Origin: Bacteriovoracaceae bacterium
Lineage (GTDB): Bacteria; Bdellovibrionota; Bacteriovoracia; Bacteriovoracales; Bacteriovoracaceae
Direction: 5' to 3'
DNA: 29,847 nucleotides
Assembly (NCBI GenBank): GCA_041586955.1
Contig: JBFGZE010000034.1
Coordinates: 1 to 29,847, forward strand
In this document: one piece after another, positions 27,534 through 29,847 of the stretch
Position numbering within the stretch: position 1 is the stretch's first letter
How the letters are laid out: every line of letters begins with the position of its first letter
The notes under the pieces: model-generated
What the model was told of the DNA's origin: nothing
Databases searched by the model: none
What the model saw: only the letters and a program-made list of their open reading frames with translations
Made by a program: the position numbers and the translations under genes

Positions 27534-28136
27534 TTAATTCGAGTAACCTTCACCATTAGGTGCATATTTATAAACGGGGTTGGCAAGGATAGGGGCACTT
27601 AAATTAAACCCATATACTTCACCATTTGCGAGTCTAATATAGTGAACAGTCGAGCCATTTAAGGCCATACCTGATTCATACTCTTTGGTCTGCTCTATTA
27701 AGCGCACAAGAGAGGAGAGAACCGCGTCATCAGAGTTGCCATGTTCATGATTATAGAGGTTAATTCCACTATCCATGGTCCGCTGAAAATTACCGGTAAC
27801 GGTAAAATAACTGCCACTTGAAGAACCGCGACATATCGTTAAAAATCCTCCTAATTTGCGATCACATTCTTGTGTTGTTCTTGGTGTTGTCGGTCTAAAT
27901 ACCACAAAATTAAATGAGGCATAATTATAAGCGACTGGAGCAAAGTTTTTGTTTTTGACATTAGATGCAAAACGTTGGAACTCACTTCCAAGAGATTCAA
28001 AAATAGGGTTCGTTGTTGTTGGAATAATGTTAGGATTGCCGTTGCTTCCCATACTAACCTGGTTATCGCTGCCACAAGAAATCAACAAGCAGGCCATGGC
28101 CATAAGAAATAAGGCAAATGCCTTGATGTGTTTCAT
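27534..28136 (-). CDS. Lipoprotein of unknown function
   Basis: MKHIK plus hydrophobic core plus LISC lipobox; AGGAGGA RBS; internal Cys pair (ECDRKLGGFLTIC). Confidence 0.8.
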   Translation of the reverse strand: MKHIKAFALFLMAMACLLISCGSDNQVSMGSNGNPNIIPTTTNPIFESLGSEFQRFASNVKNKNFAPVAYNYASFNFVVFRPTTPRTTQECDRKLGGFLTICRGSSSGSYFTVTGNFQRTMDSGINLYNHEHGNSDDAVLSSLVRLIEQTKEYESGMALNGSTVHYIRLANGEVYGFNLSAPILANPVYKYAPNGEGYSN

Positions 28137-28175
28137 AAAATCCTCCTAACATATTTGGAATACACCATTTAGAGG

Positions 28176-28192
28176 AGCAAGTGGCATGCCAA
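28176..28192 (-). promoter_or_regulatory. Sigma-54 (RpoN) -24/-12 promoter
   Basis: Minus strand TTGGCATGCCACTTGCT has GG-N10-GC spacing and matches TGGCAYRNNNNTTGCW, 40 nt upstream of ATG 28136. Confidence 0.78.
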
Positions 28193-28251
28193 AATTGCGT
28201 AATATGATTTCTAGGAGTTAGGAGAACCGCCCAATAACTAGACGAGACAAT

Positions 28252-28268
28252 TGTTTAAACTTTATACA
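28252..28268. promoter_or_regulatory. Candidate enhancer-binding-protein site (UAS)
   Basis: Near-palindrome TGTTTAAACTTTATACA (TGT-N11-ACA) about 60-75 nt upstream of the -24 element. Confidence 0.45.
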
Positions 28269-28321
28269 ATTTAGGCCACTCTCCATGAAGGAATAATTGA
28301 TTTAAAGTTCACAAGGTCATA

Positions 28322-28340
28322 CATTGGGACAGTCCCAATG
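28322..28340. repeat. Perfect 9-1-9 inverted repeat
   Basis: CATTGGGAC-A-GTCCCAATG. Confidence 0.6.
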
Positions 28341-28362
28341 CTAATTATTGACCCTACTTGAT

Positions 28363-29847
28363 TTATGCAACCATCGCTTGATTATTATCCAGACCGTTTT
28401 TAGATCTTAAATTCTCACTCCAACTCAGTAACTCAGGTCGAAGTTCAGATTGTAAATCTTTGTCGGATTGAATTAATTGACGAGATTTAGCAACAAATTT
28501 TTTCCAAATGACTTCTTTATTTTCAAGAATTTGAGCGACCAAAGCTTGGTCTTCGTTGATCTTCTCAATCTCAAGACCAATCATATCTCGTGCTTTAGTG
28601 CCGTTTAAGGCATATCGGTCAAGTTCTTGGTTCATTTGATCGCCCCGAGAGATAAAGTACTTGGCCATCTCCTCTCGCTCGAAAGTGCTAATGACTTGTT
28701 GAAATATCTCATCAGAGAAATTTAAAATCAATGCTTGAGGATAAAATTTAATCGCTGTCTCCAAAAATTCATCAAATTCAATAGTATTTTTCAGATAGGT
28801 ACCAAATAGCACCTCTTCGTTCTCCATTCTCGCTTCCGGTAATAAATCCAGAACTTTATCGTTAAATGGAACGAACCTTTTAGAACCTAAATTCTGTTCA
28901 ATTTTAACTTTGACTTCGGGAACTAATGATTTGATTTCATCCATAGTCATTTCCGATGCGTCTTCAATAACTTGATTCACAAATGACGGTTCTAATAAAT
29001 CAAAATATGACTTTAAAAAAGTGGCGGAAACGACATTCGAAAAGAATGCTGCAAATTTCTTTTCTTGCTTAAATAAGTCTATGGCCATTTGTGGTGATAG
29101 CTTTAAAAGTAATTCGCTTAATTGGTAATCTTCAACCACTTGTGGCGAAAGGATGGAAGAAATGACTTCATCACCGATATAATCTTTAATAAAAGGTTTA
29201 TCGGTTGCTTTTAAATTCGTAAAAGAAATAAGCCTTTTCCATTCTACCCTTTCTTCAGTGCTTAACTTGGAAAAGACTTCTATTAAAAAATCATTTTCCA
29301 ATTCTTCAACCACTAATTTTAGCGCTTGTACTTGAGTTTTCCTGGCCTCTGAAAGCCATTTTTTAATGATTAATAAGCATTGATGTTCACTATTTTTAAA
29401 TAGGAATGAGAACCTTTCCAAACCATCGAGATGGGTGAGATTCTTATTCCCGTCATCACCAAGCATACTGGGGAAAGGCGAATCTTGACCGCCATTCTCA
29501 TCTTCCTTTTCATCGCTAGTCATGGTAATGCTTTGATTAGAGTCATCACCTGATTTTTCAGATTTTTCCCATTTCTTGAATATTAAGAGTCCAAATAGGC
29601 CAACCATAAATGCAGCAAAGATAAGGCCAAGGGCGGTTCCAAATCGACTCATCAGATTTAGCCAATATTCAAGATCTCTCTTAATTGGAGTTGGTGGTTT
29701 TTTAACCTTTTTCGGTGGATCTTTTTTCTTAGGCTTATCCTTAATAAATGCCATCTTAATATATTTAACTTCAATTGAAGGAACAATATCCCTAAAACTG
29801 AACTGAAAATTGTTCACAATCTCTTCAATTATTTTTCTATTTTCTTC
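28363..29847 (-). CDS. Partial CDS (N-terminus beyond the right edge): single-TM protein with a FliF-tail-like motif and a FliG-like C-terminal region
   Basis: The frame is open to 29847 (EENRKIIEEIVNNF...). K/P-rich linker, TM helix, LLIIKKWL, and C-terminal LILNFSDEIFQQVISTFEREEMA...KARDMIGLEIE resembling FliG-C. Confidence 0.6.
   Translation of the reverse strand, partial: EENRKIIEEIVNNFQFSFRDIVPSIEVKYIKMAFIKDKPKKKDPPKKVKKPPTPIKRDLEYWLNLMSRFGTALGLIFAAFMVGLFGLLIFKKWEKSEKSGDDSNQSITMTSDEKEDENGGQDSPFPSMLGDDGNKNLTHLDGLERFSFLFKNSEHQCLLIIKKWLSEARKTQVQALKLVVEELENDFLIEVFSKLSTEERVEWKRLISFTNLKATDKPFIKDYIGDEVISSILSPQVVEDYQLSELLLKLSPQMAIDLFKQEKKFAAFFSNVVSATFLKSYFDLLEPSFVNQVIEDASEMTMDEIKSLVPEVKVKIEQNLGSKRFVPFNDKVLDLLPEARMENEEVLFGTYLKNTIEFDEFLETAIKFYPQALILNFSDEIFQQVISTFEREEMAKYFISRGDQMNQELDRYALNGTKARDMIGLEIEKINEDQALVAQILENKEVIWKKFVAKSRQLIQSDKDLQSELRPELLSWSENLRSKNGLDNNQAMVA

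Noticed and set aside
28182..28198. Plus-strand sigma-54 promoter TGGCATGCCAAAATTGC
   Set aside because: GG-to-GC spacing is 12 rather than 10, and no plus-strand gene follows.
29680..29745. Repetitive K/P-coding stretch
   Set aside because: A low-complexity protein linker, not a DNA repeat.
1017..29806. Many short ORFs in the track (60-143 aa, e.g. 6133-6564, 8725-9027, 18150-18446)
   Set aside because: They lie antisense to or out of frame within well-supported genes and show no recognisable motifs; treated as shadow ORFs.
1..29847. CRISPR array, tRNA/rRNA, IS, prophage or genomic island
   Set aside because: No spaced direct repeats, cloverleafs, transposase or integrase motifs, or obvious compositional break were seen by eye.

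Overview
AT-rich, densely coded bacterial chromosomal segment with 24 protein-coding genes, two of them truncated by the window edges. I saw no rRNA, tRNA, CRISPR array or mobile element. By inference only, the gene content suggests a Bdellovibrionota (Bacteriovorax/Halobacteriovorax-like) predator. Recognisable genes: SUV3-like RNA helicase, DUF455 ferritin-like protein, M28 and M3 peptidases, nitronate monooxygenase-family flavoprotein, NTT/TLC-like transporter, two GT2 and one GT-C glycosyltransferases, an Fe(III) ABC transporter converging on a DtxR-family regulator, rpiB, ahcY, a type II homoserine kinase-like protein, an RlmL-like methyltransferase and an acyl-CoA dehydrogenase. Best leads: (1) a translationally coupled SUV3 helicase / di-iron DUF455 / probable ATP-grasp operon whose third gene the ORF track missed; (2) a GT2 gene that appears to start at CTG, paired with a GT-C; (3) a lipoprotein with a complete sigma-54 promoter and a structured, C-rich 3' UTR that could be an sRNA; (4) a FliF-tail/FliG-like fusion; (5) a miniature secretin-like protein; (6) a DtxR homologue with altered metal ligands and a candidate operator at the iron operon. 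Family assignments come from motifs recognised by eye, not database searches.
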